Source: Perkinsus olseni (lineage: Eukaryota). Taken from it: a DNA stretch of 64,000 nt. A model generated the notes under the pieces. That model saw only the letters and a list, made by a program, of their open reading frames with translations. It made no database searches and was not told where the DNA came from. The position numbers were made by a program, and so were the translations under genes. Shown here in pieces: positions 30,338 through 45,108 of this stretch. The number at the start of each line of letters is the position of its first letter. Position 1 is the stretch's first letter. The stretch spans positions 1 through 64,000 of the forward strand of contig JABANN010000027.1 of assembly GCA_013115125.1 (NCBI GenBank). Reading direction: 5' to 3'.

Positions 30338-33300
30338 ATGATCATTACTGATGATCAGCAGTGGCCAGTAGAAGCAGCAGAACCAAACCCTTTCAGTGTG
30401 AATAGCCCTACTCCGGACCAGCCTGAGCGTTGTGTCGATGAGCCAGTTGGTAGTAGTCCATGGGGATGCCACTTGAATTTTCGGGTAGAAGATTCGTCGA
30501 CGATTGAATCGCACGGCCCACTTCGAACTTTTTCATCGACTCCATGTTGGATGCTTCGCTCCTTGATGCGGTTTGATTAGTAATAGCTACTGCAGTTCAG
30601 CAATTCCCGGGGTGATCTTCTTCATCGGGTATCAATAGCGGCGGTCGAATTTATGTGGAACTTCCAGTGAGTGGTGGATTAGGTGGTGCTTGGAAGGTCG
30701 TCTGCTTCCGAGACAAATGGCAGCAGCTCTGCCGCGATCTTGACTTGTGCGATGACAAGCTAGCTACTGCAGCTGCGGAGCTCGCCAGTGAGTCGATGCC
30801 ACTCGGAAGGTATGTCGCGCCTCGCTGCCAACGACTGGGCGTAGGCTTCGTATTCAGATACGAGGATCTCTATCCGGCGTTTCGGAAAGTTTTTTTGAGC
30901 TTGGAAGCGCTCAGCAGAGCAATAAGGAAGGTCAACGCTGGCCTTCGGCCGAAGCTGGAGGCCTTTACTAGTTTTGTGCGGAAGTAGGGCAGTGTTGTTT
31001 ACGATCGTGGACTCAAAAACAGTGAGCAGGTACGAGGAAGAAGTCGGCAAGACGCTCTTAGCGTTACAGAAGGTTGAGGATGATGTTGCTCGAGCCACGC
31101 AGGAGAGAGATCATGCTGCGGCTATGTATAAACAGGAGGTAGTATGGTTGGGGGGATTGGTAACGTCTATATAGGCTGCCGATTACCAGCATAGGTATAT
31201 AGATAGATTCCCTCTGTCTAGCCATGCTGATAATCAGCAGTGTCCTTCCAGGATAGCATGCTCGCTTCCTAGGCTTGTCTCACAGCAGCCCTAGGCCTCA
31301 TGCATCAGCTGTGACTGCATTCTCCTCAGGCGCAGTATCGAGGCAGAGTGCAGTCGTTGGCAGAAGCGCAGAGGAGGGCTAAGAACGAGGTCGGTTACCC
31401 ACGGCTGCTCAGCTTGGGAGCGTGATCTTGTTTCAGGCAGTATTGCTATTAGACGGCATGCAGCGGGGCAGGGATCGCCTACTGCTGCTGGCAGTGATCG
31501 AAAAAGAGGATGCAGCGGCGGCTAGGAGGATGGTGGAGGTAGTACCGGAGACACTCGGCCGCAGTACTTGCGCTAGCCTTCTCGCCTGCATCCACGAGCT
31601 GTTTCCTGTGTGGCTCGTATGATGTCGTGCTAACGGCAGTAGTAATGATAGTATTCGGAGTAGGGGGGTTACACGCTGCGCTGCGGTCGTTGCTCGTGTA
31701 TTGGAGGCTTTTGATAGGACGCACAAACGGAGCAGAAGAGGGCTGAGGAAGTATCTAAGGTTGATCGCGGACTTAAACACGAGGCCGAAGGGGTCGCCAA
31801 GGATGCTAAGAAGATGCGCAATACCATCACACGGGAGTTGGACAAAGTGCGTCGAGAGAAATTGCAGGTAGTGCGGCTCCAGGCCTTCGCCCGAGTCAAG
31901 CTTCTGATCAGTTATCGAAGGCGTTGGAGAAGGAGGAACAAGCAAATCGTGAGTTCGCCTCTAGCGGCAACGAGAACTTCACCAAGATCCAAGGCCTGCA
32001 GGTAGCCAGGGGATAGCGGCATCGGCTGAATTGGTATTGATGGCGCTTAGGCTCAACTGAAGGATGCAGTGGACGCTCGTGCTGATGCGATAGGGCGGAT
32101 TCAAGCGGCTGAGGATGCGGCTACTGAGGCCAAGACGAAGCAGCGGGCGGATATGCGTGTGGTAAGTTATAGGGCGGAGCGTTACGAGGATATTGTGGAG
32201 GTTCACTGTGGCTTCAGAGGCAGCAGCTTGACTTGGTCGCGGAAGATGCCGAGAATCAGATGAAGGAGGCCGAAGACATGGCGGCGGCGGTGGCTGAAAG
32301 GGCTAATGTACTACTACTAGCACTGCTAATCACCGACGGGGGCCCGTCCGTGTCTGCTGTGCGCCCTATCCTATGACCTGTGATACTCTCCGCATCAGGC
32401 CGTACCGGGTATAACAGAGGAGCGTGATAGACTTCAACAGGAGCTGGACGATATTACTCAGAAGCCCGCGGATCTCAAGGCTAACGTAGGGCCTGTGGTC
32501 TTAGCGGGGAAGCTGTAGGAGCTGTATCGTAGTTGAAGAAGACGGAAGATGATATACAGCGGTTGAAGACGGAGACTGCGGCCCTGCCGAACATGCGCAA
32601 GCGGATCGAAGAGGCTGATAATAAGATAGTAGAGCAAAAGGCCGCACTGCAGAAGGCACAGCAGGAGAAGGACGACATCGTAGGTCGTCGTGGGTGGAGG
32701 GACGTGGTAACTTCCCTTGTTCTCAGTCGGCCAAGCTCGAAAGTGTGAAGATAGAGGCGGACACAGCTGAGGCTAACGCTGCTAGTTTGAATAAGCAGCT
32801 GGAACAGTAGTACAGGGTTTTTGGCGCGGGCGCTGGGTAACTATTGTTGTGGCGCGTAGAGCAGCTGGGTTCTCTTTGTGTGCTGTGTGCTGCTCCTTCC
32901 GGGACTCTTCCCAGTGGAAATTTTCGAGTCGAATCTTCCGAAGTATTATGGTGATGTGCTGGGGGTATTATCGGTTGACTTTGTAGGACTCAAGCGTGGA
33001 TCGCTGACTTGAGGAAGAAGTCCAGTGCGGCTACAGAGGAACTGAATAAGACTAATATGGAGTTGAATCAAGTGAAACAAGTATGAGCGTGAAGTCCTCT
33101 GGTCCAATCTGCATCGGTCGCCATTTGCTCCCCTCCAGGTTTTAGCGGATGATCAACAGGCGAAGGAAACCGCAATACAGAATGCGAAAGATGCACAGAC
33201 TTCGATCGCTGAGAAGGAGGGGGAGACGGCCGCCGCCACTGAGTCGGCTAAGGCGGCAACTACAGAGCGTGATGGTCTCAAGAAGCAATTACAAGGTTGG

Positions 33301-35008
33301 TGGTGCAAAGCCGGACGATGCCGTTGACGCTGCCCTTCAGACCTTAAAGCGGAGGTATCCCAAATACAAAAGGAGATCGGGACGGAGCAGAAGGCGACGG
33401 CTCAAGCTCAGAAGGATGGTGGGAAGCTAGCAGGCAAGGTGGAGTCCATGCAGAAGACCATCGAGGTGAGTAGAACAGGGACACTATATAGGTGGGCTAC
33501 CGGCTCTGTGCAGGGCCTCGGACGGCAGGCTGATGAGGCTAAGGCAGCAACCGCTAAGGAGCAGGCTGAACACGAGAAGACACGGACGGTAGGGGCTCCG
33601 ATGTGTTGCTCGACGTCACGTCATGCGCTTCTTCCAGGCCCTCGCTAACGTTACTGCGGATAAGGAAGAGCAGCAGAGTAAGCTCGCCGAGGCTAAGGCC
33701 CATGCGGAACAAGAGAAAAGAAATCTTGATCGGGAAGTGGCGGCCCATAAGGAGACGAGGAAGGTAGTGGGCAAGGGAGGCGCTGTCTGGGATGGGTGGG
33801 CTTGGTAGGAGTACGATCGGCTTAAGTCTAAGAACGAGGACGATGCGACTAAGGCTGAGGCGAGAAATGAGGACATTTCGGGAGCACAGGAGAAGGCTGA
33901 AGAGGCAGAAAGACAGCTGAGAACAAAGCAGGATGAGGTAGGAGATAGCACTTATATCTCGCCCTTGAGCGGTTTTAATACCAAATTTCTCCCAATTCAT
34001 AAACGTAGGTGTCCGTTTTACACGACAGAATCGAGCAGATGAAGAATGAGAAGGTGGAGATGCAGACGCAGCTGAAGGAGATGAAGGCGGCTGCGGACAG
34101 AGTGCGAGGCTGCCATTCGCCCCTTCTCGGGATTACTGTGTGGGTCGTTTCAGTTGGAAGCGTTGATGACTCAGCGAATAGCCGACATAAAGTCGAAGCC
34201 TGCGGACTCGGAGGACAGGTAGAAGGGGAGTGGCTCTCGCTGTTGTGGTGGGTTGAGGCCGTCCTTCAGTTGGGAGATCGATGATACCTACACTACTGAG
34301 TACTACAAGCTCCAACGGGAGAGGGACGAGATAGCAGCCAAGGCACAGCAGTCGACAGCTGCAAGTCAGCCCTCGGGAGTGAGCCTGGGGGGCAGCAGCA
34401 CTGCCATGACCCGTCTTTCATCTCGTCATTTAGGGTCGTCAGGCGGGAGTACCAAGCAGCAGTGGCGGGCAGTCGCGATACTCCTCAGCTGCGAGCACGC
34501 CTTCTGTAACGGCTAGCTCCTTTGAGGTAATGCCGTGTGGTAGTACCAGGGTGGATGGGTATCTTTCGAGCTTAGGTTAAGGTGGCACCGGGCAGAGTGG
34601 GCACTGCAACACCTCCTGTGAGCAGCAGCAGGTAGATCGACCGAGGTATGTTCTAGTGTCGTCGAATTTTCCTTTGCTCGCGTTGATCAGTTCAACCCCT
34701 GCCACGCCGAGGTCTCCCGATAGCGGGCCTAGCATAGCCCCTGGCACAGTGGGTGGAGGCCTCTCGGCTACTGCCCCTGCTGATACTTCCACTGGATCAG
34801 CCTCTCGCTCATCATACCAGTAATAGTGGCGGAGGAAGCATCTTCTTGCTACTAGTGTGTTCCGCTGCTGATCAGGCCGACGACGACGACGAGCTACCCG
34901 ACTTCGTCATCCTATGTAGCGAGTTCGCCTGGTGACGTCACGCAGTCCACGACGTCTGATAAGATCAAGCATGGTGGCGAGGTGGGCCGACGACGGGCGG
35001 TCAGATAG
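30338..35008 (+). CDS. Long coiled-coil protein with a Ser/Thr/Pro-rich tail, many exons
   Basis: A series of E/K/A/Q heptad exons (e.g. 32533-32680, 33640-33760, 34009-34100) joined by in-phase short introns. ATG at 30338 follows a TTTTAG acceptor. The 3' end is approximate. Confidence 0.65.
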
Positions 35009-35345
35009 TAGAGAGTACAAGGTGGGATCAGGTGACTTGGGACTACACTAAGAAGGGCGGTAGGAAGGTTGGAGGTTGGATGAAGGACGGCTATGGCGCG
35101 GCCAAGAGGAAGTGGGGATGAAGCACCAGAGCATCACGACCATACGACTTACCAGTTTTGATTGACTGCAGTATTTTACCCGAGTTTCTCCAGCCCTCAG
35201 AAGTGTTGCGCCGCTTCGTATTTGCGTTTGCCAGAGGGCGTAGGGAGCGATTGTCGTTGATCTGTGTGAGAGTTGCGTTAAGTGCCAGTCATTGGAGTGA
35301 AATCGTGGGTTGGGGAAAGTCAGCAGCAGCAGCAGCCCTTGACAA

Positions 35346-38300
35346 ATGACCTCGGCTGGAGAAGGTTGCCGAGACTTGCACGACAAGGAAGGAGCTGATA
35401 CTAGTAGGGGCAAACGGCAGCAGCAGCAGCAGCCTCCCGCGCCCTCACCTCTGAAACGGAGTGTTGATGAGAGGGATGAATTAAATGAAATGCAAGAAGG
35501 GAGGAACTATAGCCACCACCTACAAGGAAATGGCAGCGGCGGCGATGATGACACTGACCAACAGGGCATGTTACTGAGCAGCCAAGATGTGCCGCAGTTG
35601 GGCCGGGGTATAAGCGGCGGTATGATCGACCTCGGTGACCTCGGGGAGCCCCCTGTCAAGTACTACGGGTTGCCTTAGAACGATCATTTCACCACTTCGC
35701 GGGTCGACTGGGTCCTCTTTAGGGTTCCTCGAGTAGCCGACATAGCCGGGCGCGAGTCCTTGTCGACCCCTGAGGGCTCCCCTGATGGCGAGGAGGATGA
35801 TGCGGTCAGCTTCTCATCCGGCGTCAGCGCTCAAGATGATGACGACTCGCGATGCGGTAATACCGTCGAGCCGGAGATCCCTCCGCCACGGGATGAGGAA
35901 TTGGAGATGTGGATCGACATGTGCGAGGAAACCAACAGAGTGCCGAGGAAACCGTTGAGGTCTGATGCAGTCAAGAGCGCCGGGTAAGATATCTTGGCGT
36001 GGGCTGTGGCAAGACTAGCGGCCTAGCTTGCATGCACTAGCAATACCCTCGACAATCTACTGCGATAGCTAATACGTGGGGTAGCAATATCCAGTGGGCT
36101 TGCTGGCTGCTACCGACTGACGACCCTCATGGTCCTCTGCAGCTGTTGCCTCGCTGTAGTGGCATTATGGGGGTCTCATACAACGCCGTCAGTTGTCAGA
36201 TCTTGTTGGCTTTAACTATCAGGCCATTCAACTTCCGCCTCCTCTTCTATCCCTTTGGCACCAGTGACGCGCGGAACCCGCTAGACTTCGCTCCATCGGC
36301 CTTCGTCGAGATCGTTCCGCCCAGCAAGCGGGGCCTCCGGTCTGAAACCGGAAAGTAGAACCGCTGTCCAGCACGCCTTTTCTCATCCCCCCTGTGGCTC
36401 CTCAGGTACTTCCCTGACCAATGGTATCTTCGGCTGGTCAACTTCTGTATCAGTGTTATTAATTTCAAGTGAGCCCGGCGGGTCGCCACCCTCCCACCTC
36501 GCCCTGTCCAATTCCCTCTGCTCGTCCACCACCATACGTCGTGTATCAGGAACCCGGAGATGAGCGTTTTCCGTGAAGACCGGAAGTCCTTCCACGTCGG
36601 ATCAACAGACTCGTAAGTTGTGAAGTTTCGAATCTCCCATGGCCGCCGATCTGTCCCTGGGTGTTTCATTATCAGAGGTTGGCGCAGGCTAGTGCCCTGC
36701 GATTGTCGTTCGCCTGCCGGAGTGAACAAGCTGATGGAAGGTGGTTGGTAAGGCAGAATCATCCTTCGGTGATGGTCTTGGAGTCGGTGGCTTTTCAGGA
36801 CCAACAAGCACGGTCGTATGCTTCTGCGATGTGCAGCTCAGCCGCTGCGTTTGGGCGTCGAGTCTCAAGTGAGTCTCGCCGCTCCGCCATGGTTACTCGT
36901 CAACTGCAGTCCCTTTAGGGTAACAGACCTGATGACGATGGCCCGGTCGTGCCCTACTTCGGCCTCGAGAACCTGGGCGCCACCTGCTACCTTAATGGTC
37001 TACTACAGAGTTTATTCCTCATACCACAATTCCGCCGAATAGTGTAAGAATGACACCCCGGTAGCCCAACACTTCGTTGATGTAGATATTGCTCAACCCT
37101 TGCAGCAGACTCCGGGAAGTTGGTACCGCAGCCCTCCTCCCCTTCCCGTTCAACTTCCAATGGCCTTCAAATCGTGCTAGCCTTGCAGAACGTCTTCTTC
37201 AAACTCGAGAGCGCCGCTAGGGCGCCCGACTCGCCCCCTTCGTCGGAGGCATCTAGTGGAATCAACGGTGGGTGTCCTCCGCTCCTCAGACCTGCCAACG
37301 CTATAGCCTTTAGCAGGCCGATCTTCCAGAGTACCCTCTAATGGGGAGACGAGCAAGGCAGTGAGCTCAGAAGTCCTTGTTCGGGCATTCGGCTGGGACA
37401 CAGCAGATCTCTTCACGCAGCAGGACGCCCAAGAGCTATCACGGCTGCTATGTGACAAACTAGAAGAGGTACCAAAGGAGTGGTACTGCTCCCGTGCCCA
37501 GGGACATGACAGATGCTAAAACCGTCGAAGTCTGATAAGCTCATACGAGACCTCTTCGTTGGCCGGCTAGAGAACTACATAGAGTGTCTCGACGTCGACT
37601 ACAAGAGCACCAAGGAGGAGGTCTTCTACGATCTGCAGGTGACCAGCATCAGCAGCCTCGGCCTTTCCTCGGTCCACACTGTGTGGTTGGAGCCCGCCCT
37701 GGTTCAATTCCCCGTCTGGTTGTCTAGTTAAACGTCCTCTCCCTCACTGGTGAGCCCCTGGGTTCGGTAGAGGACTCCCTCAAGGAGTACTTACAGCCAG
37801 AGGTCATGGATGGCGACGATAAGTAGGCCCTCGCACGACATAGCTTGCCCGGTGAGGTGCTTGGAGCAGATACGATGCGGAAGGGTTTGGGAAGCAACGG
37901 GCACGGAAAGGGCTCAGGTCAGCAGCACCCCTCCACTGCCCGCCTTCGTGATTCGGCCTCTCAGACTCCTGTCGATGCCGCCGGTCTTCACCATCCAACT
38001 CAAACGCTTCTGCTTCTCGGTGGACACTATGGACATGCAAAAGGTCAACGAGTACTTCCAATTCGGCGATGTGCTGGACATGTCCCCTTACGTGAGTCGT
38101 CTCCTCGACTCCCTGCGTCCAATCGAGTTCTCCTCTCAGCTGTACGAGGCGCCGTCCAACCCAGCTGATAGTGAGTATGTCCTGCACACGGTTTTGGTCC
38201 ACAACGGCAACGTCTATGGTGGTCACTACTACGCCTTTGTCCGGCCAGAGCTCGGCCAGCCCGGTGGCGAGGACAAGTGGTAAGCATCGGTTTCTCGGCG

Positions 38301-41300
38301 TTAGAGGTGGGCATGCTCAATACTACAGGTACCGGTTCGACGACGAGAATGTCACCCGAGTGACCAAGGAGGCGGCGGTAGGCCCTCTATTCATCTCCAC
38401 AGGCAGCCTCTTCGACGTTCTGTTGTTGGCCAGGTGGACGATAACTTCGGCGGTCCTACTCCGGCCGAGTTCGAAAATCCCTTTGTGGAGGCAGACGCTC
38501 GTCCTGCTGCTGCTCGATCTGCGGGCCGACGGTCTTCCGTTGCTGGAGGCAGCCGAGGGTGCAAGACACATAGTGCTTACATACTCACCTACATCAGGTC
38601 GGTGCCCTTCTCCCCTCCCCAACAGAGCTATTAGAGACCTCTTTTTTTTCGGTCATGCCTCCGGGCCCCCGGTTGTTTGTTCTGTGTCGATCGCCTCTCC
38701 CTCGGCTGATGAGGGCCATGTATATTCTGATGGTAGTTTGCCCCTCAGACGGTCGGCTCTGGAGTGGGTGATGAAGCCGTGCTCTCTGGCCGAGGTCAAC
38801 CCCTACCTCCACCGTAGATTATTAGCATCCACTAACACCCCGACGAGTGAGTCATGCGAGAATACGATCAGAGACGCGTATCTTGTACCGGCTGCGCGTC
38901 CGAGAACTCACCTTGGCAGGCACTTCGTCGAACCCGGGCTCGCTAGAGACCCCTGATGAAGCCAGCCCCGAGGTGAGTCCGTGTAGCAGTAGCGGAGTTC
39001 ACGTGCTGAGCTCATCATTTGTCAGGGGGAGACTGCCGACCAGCCGGTAGATGTTAGCGTAGTCTGCCTGAGCAACGTCTCTCTGGCCCAACTGGTGTCC
39101 CACCAGTACACGTGGAGCCCGGCCTCCGTGGTCGATCAGAGTAATGCAACGGCAACGGTTCCCATACCACTACGCCATTTCCCTTTCAAATGAATGTCTT
39201 CGCCGATGGTTTTGGAAAAGTACCGTAATTCGGGTTTGATTTCTGATGGATTGTCGTTCACTTTGAGCTCTTGGCGTGTTTGTCAAGCAGAAAGCCGAAC
39301 CTCGATGAACCCGTTTGATTTTGAACCAAGTTTCGAAATACTTAAGCATTTAACATTCATTCAAATTGATTCAGAAAAGTTTTTTTCATTTCCTCTGAGA
39401 AGGATGAAGTTCCCGAGGGTCCACGATGGACTCCCTTTCTTCTCAGTTATGGAGGCCCTAGCGAAGGACCCACAGAAACCCCAATTGCCGGCGGGAGCCA
39501 CTCATACCATTGTCAGCTCAGGAGCCCTAGTACCACTCGTCCTACGGCTCACCGTCGTCTAGCACCCTGAGCACTGTTAGGTGGATACACTCCCCACCGT
39601 GGAGGGCGTCAGGGGCCGTTCCAGTGTGAGCAACGGACCATCGGCACCCTCATCCTCTGTCAAAATCTACCAGCTCGGACGGGTCGAAGTGAGCCCTTCG
39701 TCTAAGGACACGCCAGCCTTAAAGTAAGGCAACAACCGCACGTTCATGTGACGCCATAGCCCTTCAGATTTGTGGAGGTTATCAGTGGATACTTCCTCAG
39801 TATGTGTTTGCCACGGAGTGCCTGCAGAGACCATCCACTAGGTGAGGCTTACCGTCTGCGAGAGCGGCCCTGACGTACCCTTCCTCAGCGGACCGAGTCT
39901 CGAGACCGGTGATGATCATGATGCTAGCAGATGAGCAGACAACCCCGAAGGTGGAGGTTAGTGATTCTCTCGGTCGGAAAGCTGTCGCGGGTGAGGGACC
40001 CAAAAAGGCCGAAGGGGACTGCCAACGGAGCTTCTTCTTAGGGATCCACTTCGGGCGGAAATCTCGACTGGTTATTCTACGCTTTTTCGAACCCGTGAGC
40101 AGAACTCTCCAGTTCTTCACAACAGCAACGATAACTCCTTCCCCTGCGGGCCTGGTCAAGGCCGCCAGGTGAGTGCCATTTCCAGGCTGCCTCCCATGAC
40201 ACGCCCCCACGAGCTCCCTCAGGTATGTGATGAACAAAAAATTCCGTCGTCAGTCGGAGACGGCCCATACCTCCGAGAATTTGGACGAGCGAACGGACTG
40301 GAAGTTGTAGGACATTCGCACCCCCATCTCCAGGGCCTTCAAGCGAGCTCCCGCAGGTACCTCGAGCGGGACGGGGAGGCCATCGCAGTGGATGCCCTTA
40401 GTGATATGAGCAAGTCCATGTTCAACGTGAGATGCGTCAGGAGAGCTGCACGCCCTTCTCGACTCGACTGCTCGTTTCAGGATGTGCTGGGTAAATATCA
40501 GCGTAGCATCAGTGATGGAGAGGTCATAGTGGTGCAGTGGTACCAGGAGGGGCTCATCACGGTAAGAGGTTATCCTCCTTGGGCCCATCTCGGGCATTGG
40601 CTCTGATCTTCCGTAAGCGCTCAATGGGATATGATTTCAGCTCCCCGAGTACTTCGAGTCTCTGAAGCACTCTGCTCCCGTCACCTTCGTGGTCCACGAT
40701 CCCTTCACTCGCCTGCACGGGCCCGGTGTAGATTACACCAGAACAGCGGCAGCAGCAGACCCACAGCAGCAGCTGAACAAGGAGACCTTTCGATGCACTA
40801 GGCAGGAGATGATGGTCGATGTAGCCATTCTGCCTTTCATCCTGGAGTATAGTTCCCGAGGACCAGATACGAAAAACGCTGTATCAAGCCCTGGTGGACC
40901 TAGTGGAAGCTAATAGAGACATCAGCGCCCCTTCTCCCTTCATGTAAGGCACAGCAATCTCGACAGCCTCACCGAGTTGCAGTATAACTCCCCATGCCTG
41001 CTCAGACAGATCAATATTTCTCTTTTTCAGACCTGGTTCTTCAGTAGAGCTGGGCGGGTATCTCCTTTATATGTAAGCTGCAGTGGTTCCCCGTCGTGGT
41101 CATCCGGCCCACCCCTAGGTACACTTATGACCCGTTTTTCATACCGCTGGACGGCGGCGAGGTCGTTGATGATTGCATCCACCACGACATGGCTACACTG
41201 GCTATTGTGGGAGATCATGGTGGAACCTTCTCTAAGCTGGAGCCTTTCGCGTACTCCGCCCAGCCCGTGTCCCCATGGCAGCTGATTAGGTCTCTCAGGC

Positions 41301-42380
41301 ATCCCGAGTTGCATATCGTCTTCTTACCCAAGCACCAGTCTGTCAGTCCCGGCGCCATGCCCATGATGTGCAGAGCGTAAGGGTTCGGGCAGTCCCCTGC
41401 GCCGTTGATATCCCCTCTCAGCTTCAGCGGTGCCCGAGAGCTAGCGGCCACTGTGGTCTGGTATCTTCCCACCGACATGGTAACTGATGTTATTCGCTTG
41501 GCGCTCGATGCTTTCAAGAAGCCCGAGGTAGCACCTCGACGGTCTCGTTCCGTATGTCAACTGCTCCTCCCGTGGTTAGGTGAGCTTCGGTCTTCAGTCC
41601 GGCATCCGGGCTCTGGTCACCGCCGCACCCTGCCAGGGCACCACGGATGCCCCCCAATCGAAGATTCTGATGATGTGAGTTGAAGCGAGGATCATGAGCC
41701 TTCGTCCTAGCCGCCATTCTTCTTTCCAGGTTGGACTCCGAAGACCCCACTGCACAGACCTTCGAGAACGTACGGGCTATTGAGCTCCCATGCGCTGGGC
41801 GGAGCGACATCTTCTCTGGCCGGGTCGGCGGAAACTATCTCCGGATCGAGGAAAGTGTCGAGAAGGAGAAGAACGAAGAAGTGATCGAAGTGTACCTCCG
41901 CGGGCCACTACTGGTCTCAGTCCCCATCGTCCGGCGCCGACAACCGAGCGACGCCATCGCCGCTCTTTGCCAGGTGCCACGCCACTCGTAACGGCCACTC
42001 CCTGTTCGGTCACATATTTTTCGTACAATTACCGAGCGGCCAGATCTCGGGAACCGACTTAAAGCGACGGATAAGTAGCCTCACCCACCGCCGATCCTGA
42101 GGAGTCCTTCCTTTCTCAGGTGAAAAGCTAGAGGTGTCAGAAACCGAAGTTTCAAGTTGGCGGTTACTTCACAACGATACTGCATCGTGTACATTTATTA
42201 GAATGGACGATACTCAGGTCCACAGCATACTCATCATCATCAGTATGCTTATTGATGCCTGCCCAGGTCGACACTAGCCGTTGGCATCCCCTAGAGTCCA
42301 GTACCCTTATATTACGACACCAGCCCCCCGCCGCCGACGCCGCTGCCTCCTTAGCGGAGCGTCCACTGCATCTTGGCTGA
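35346..42380 (+). CDS. USP7: USP7/UBP15-like ubiquitin-specific protease (MATH-like + C19 catalytic + C-terminal region)
   Basis: MATH-like FNFRLLFYPFG; Cys box YFGLENLGATCYLNGLLQ (36955-37008); QQDAQELSRLLCDKLE; EEVFYDLQ; PPVFTIQLKRF; His box YVLHTVLVHNGNVYGGHYYAFVRP...W-YRFDD; SAYILTYIR; C-terminus ERPLHLG*. Confidence 0.88.
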
Positions 42381-42691
42381 GAGTGTCCATCGGCGTCCAA
42401 CCCTCTTCACACTAGAACGACTACTACAACTACCAGCTACTGCTTCCCGTGCATACTTGAGTTCTCAGCATCTTGTACTCCTAGCAAATGTAGTTCAAAG
42501 CTAACCCTGCTACTACTACTAGTTTCCTATTACGGCTACTACTATTCTGCACTAGTCCAATGCCGCTCCACTGTGCAGCAGGAGGAGGAACATCAGAGTC
42601 GAGCGCGGCTCTGTTGAGTTCAGTCGTCAATGTCTATCGTAACTACAGTCTCGGGCTGTGAAAAATACTAACAGAGTGCTGATTTTTGAAG

Positions 42692-44927
42692 ATGCTCGCT
42701 TCTGGTGAAACCCAGCAAAATGAAGAGCCCGGTGTCCCTCTGAATGCCGAGGAGTCCCAGGCAGAGGTGGTGGCGGCCAAGGACTATTCTCACGTCACTT
42801 GGCGGTGGGATTGCAACGATCGTCCGCTCTCAGCTGGAGCCCTCATCGCTGCAGATCCTCCTCTCCCTTCGCCTCCACGCCGGACCCTTTCTTGGAGTTC
42901 CCCACCTACCCCCTCGGTCACCCGTCCATCCCTGCTGTGAGTGCCCTACAGGATCTAAGAAGGGCTATCAGGGAAGGGCTATCCGTACCTCATCGACAGG
43001 TCCTCGAACAACAGCAGCATCAACCGGAGTCTCATCAGCCCCCGCCGGGGCTCCTTCCCTTCGACAATAGAGCCCCGCCCTTCCCGACACCGATGACCGA
43101 CGACCACAACGGAGCTTGCGACAAAATCACTCTCGGCATTATGCCCAACTCCAACACGTGAGTCCATCGACTGGCCCACCCCGTGGACCCTGCATGCAGA
43201 TCCAGCAGCCTGTTGGACCTAGCCCGTGTTTTGCCGGTGGTACCGCCGCCGCCTGCGGGACCGCAACGCGATTTACGCCGACAGCGCTCCCTATCGGAGA
43301 GCTCGCTCTCCAGCTGGGAAGATTCCTCTGCTGGGAGCTCGTCCGAGGAGTGCCCAACTCGGTCCGCCTTCCCCAATCCTCGAGGTTGGTCTCATCTCAG
43401 CGCCACAGACGAATCTTGTGGCCTCCTCTTCGCAGAAGTCCCTCCGCGTACCGCCGCTCCCGAAGTCAGCAGACCAGTCGAATCAGCCCTGGGTGGTGAG
43501 GGTGCCCTGAATCGTCAAGCACTGCCGCAGCAGCGACGATACAGCGACATGACGGCGCCGCCTCAGCACACCGGAGATTATCCTCCCAATGTGAGCCCCT
43601 AGGAAAAACATTCATTTTCCCTAGCTGTTTGTCCGTGCCTCTTCCAGCCCACACCATTCAATGGTATCGCACCGCTTCTGTCCAGCCTCCCCGAGTATGA
43701 CATAGTGCAGCAGCTTGCCTTGCTCCAACAGCAAGCCTGGGTACTAGGCCAGCTGCATGCCACCAATGAGATATGTAAAAGTAGTCCTCGCCGCTCAGTG
43801 CCTTAATTGCCTTTATCAGTCCGGAACTACAATCTCGGCTCGGCCGATCGTCAGGAGCCGCAGCAGAAGCAAGAGCCTGCTCCTACCATCAGGACATCGG
43901 TGAGGAGCGATCAGCGCAGGAACAGGCCAACGGGACGTAGGGGGAGTGGCAGTAGTGTCGGTTCCCATCGGAGGAGGGACTCAAAAACAACACTGACTGG
44001 TCGGGTCGTGTCGCTCGCGGTGGGCGGTGCAGGTTCCCGACTTCTACAAGTAAGTGCCATCGCCTTGGTTCGAACGAATACTATCATTTCAGGGACACCT
44101 GTCATCCGGACAAGCTACTCCTGAAGAGATCCGCTCCTTCGTGGAAGAGTGTCGGCCTTGTATCCGAATGCTGGCCACCGACCGTTACGGAAATTACTTC
44201 GTTCAAGAGCTGTGTCACCACATCGACCCGTAGTGCCCTTGGCCTTCAGCTCACTGTGGATCATCAACTCTCCTCAGCACTGATATCTGTAACTTCCTGA
44301 AGGAACTGGTCACCACTCCGAACTTCCCTCAAGTGTCTCGGGACGTCGCCGGGTCGAAGGTGCTTGTGGAAATGACCCGACAGTTGAAGAAAAATAGAGA
44401 TGTTCCGTAACCCTACTCCGACTACTGACCGTTGGAATTACTTGCCGTAGGCCTGAGGGCATCGTTGAGGTCGCTGAGGTTATTCGGGAGAAACTGAGTA
44501 ACCTGCTGTCTGAACCGTCTTGCTTCTTCTTGCTGGGAACTGTCATGGAACTGCTTCCAACCGGAGACTACTCGGACCAGTTCATCGATGCCATTATCCA
44601 TGCCAGTAGGAGCCACCGCCAGGAAGCCTCTCGAATCGCGGCGTGGCGCTCATCTCCCGTTTGTCAGGCGACAACCTCCTGGCGGTGGCGAACAACCGTA
44701 ATGGAAGTCTGCTGCTTTCCACTTGCGTTACGCGCAAGCCTGATTGTGAGTTGAATGTGAGCTCATCATGTAACATCACAGCATCAGGTATACCCGACTT
44801 GTGCCAGCGCATAGCTTTGGTCATAGACGGCGACAACATAACCCTCAAACGACAACTTTCAGAGCACGGGAATCGCCTGTTGAAGACAATTAAAAGTTAC
44901 CACGGCCAACCTTCGAAGTCTGCCTGA
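42692..44927 (+). CDS. Divergent Pumilio/PUF-repeat RNA-binding protein with a low-complexity N-terminus
   Basis: PUF-like repeats LTGRVVSLAVGGAGSRLLQ, IRMLATDRYGNYFVQEL, VSRDVAGSKVL and LLAVANNRNGSLLL, after a long Pro/Ser/Gln-rich region. Confidence 0.75.
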
Positions 44928-45108
44928 GCATATACTATAATTGTTGACTTTCATCATCACAATACTCTCGCGTATAATTCTCCCGAAGTCCCTGCAGACA
45001 TCCGAATTGCATGCTGTGATCGATCCTTAATTCCCACTAGCTTGTCTTGGTTCACCAGTTGGGTTGAGCAACTCTAACCAAACACCCCTTAACAAACACC
45101 AATACGCC

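Noticed and set aside
39142-39402. Long AT-rich USP7 intron as a transposon insertion
   Set aside because: No clear terminal inverted repeats or target-site duplication found.
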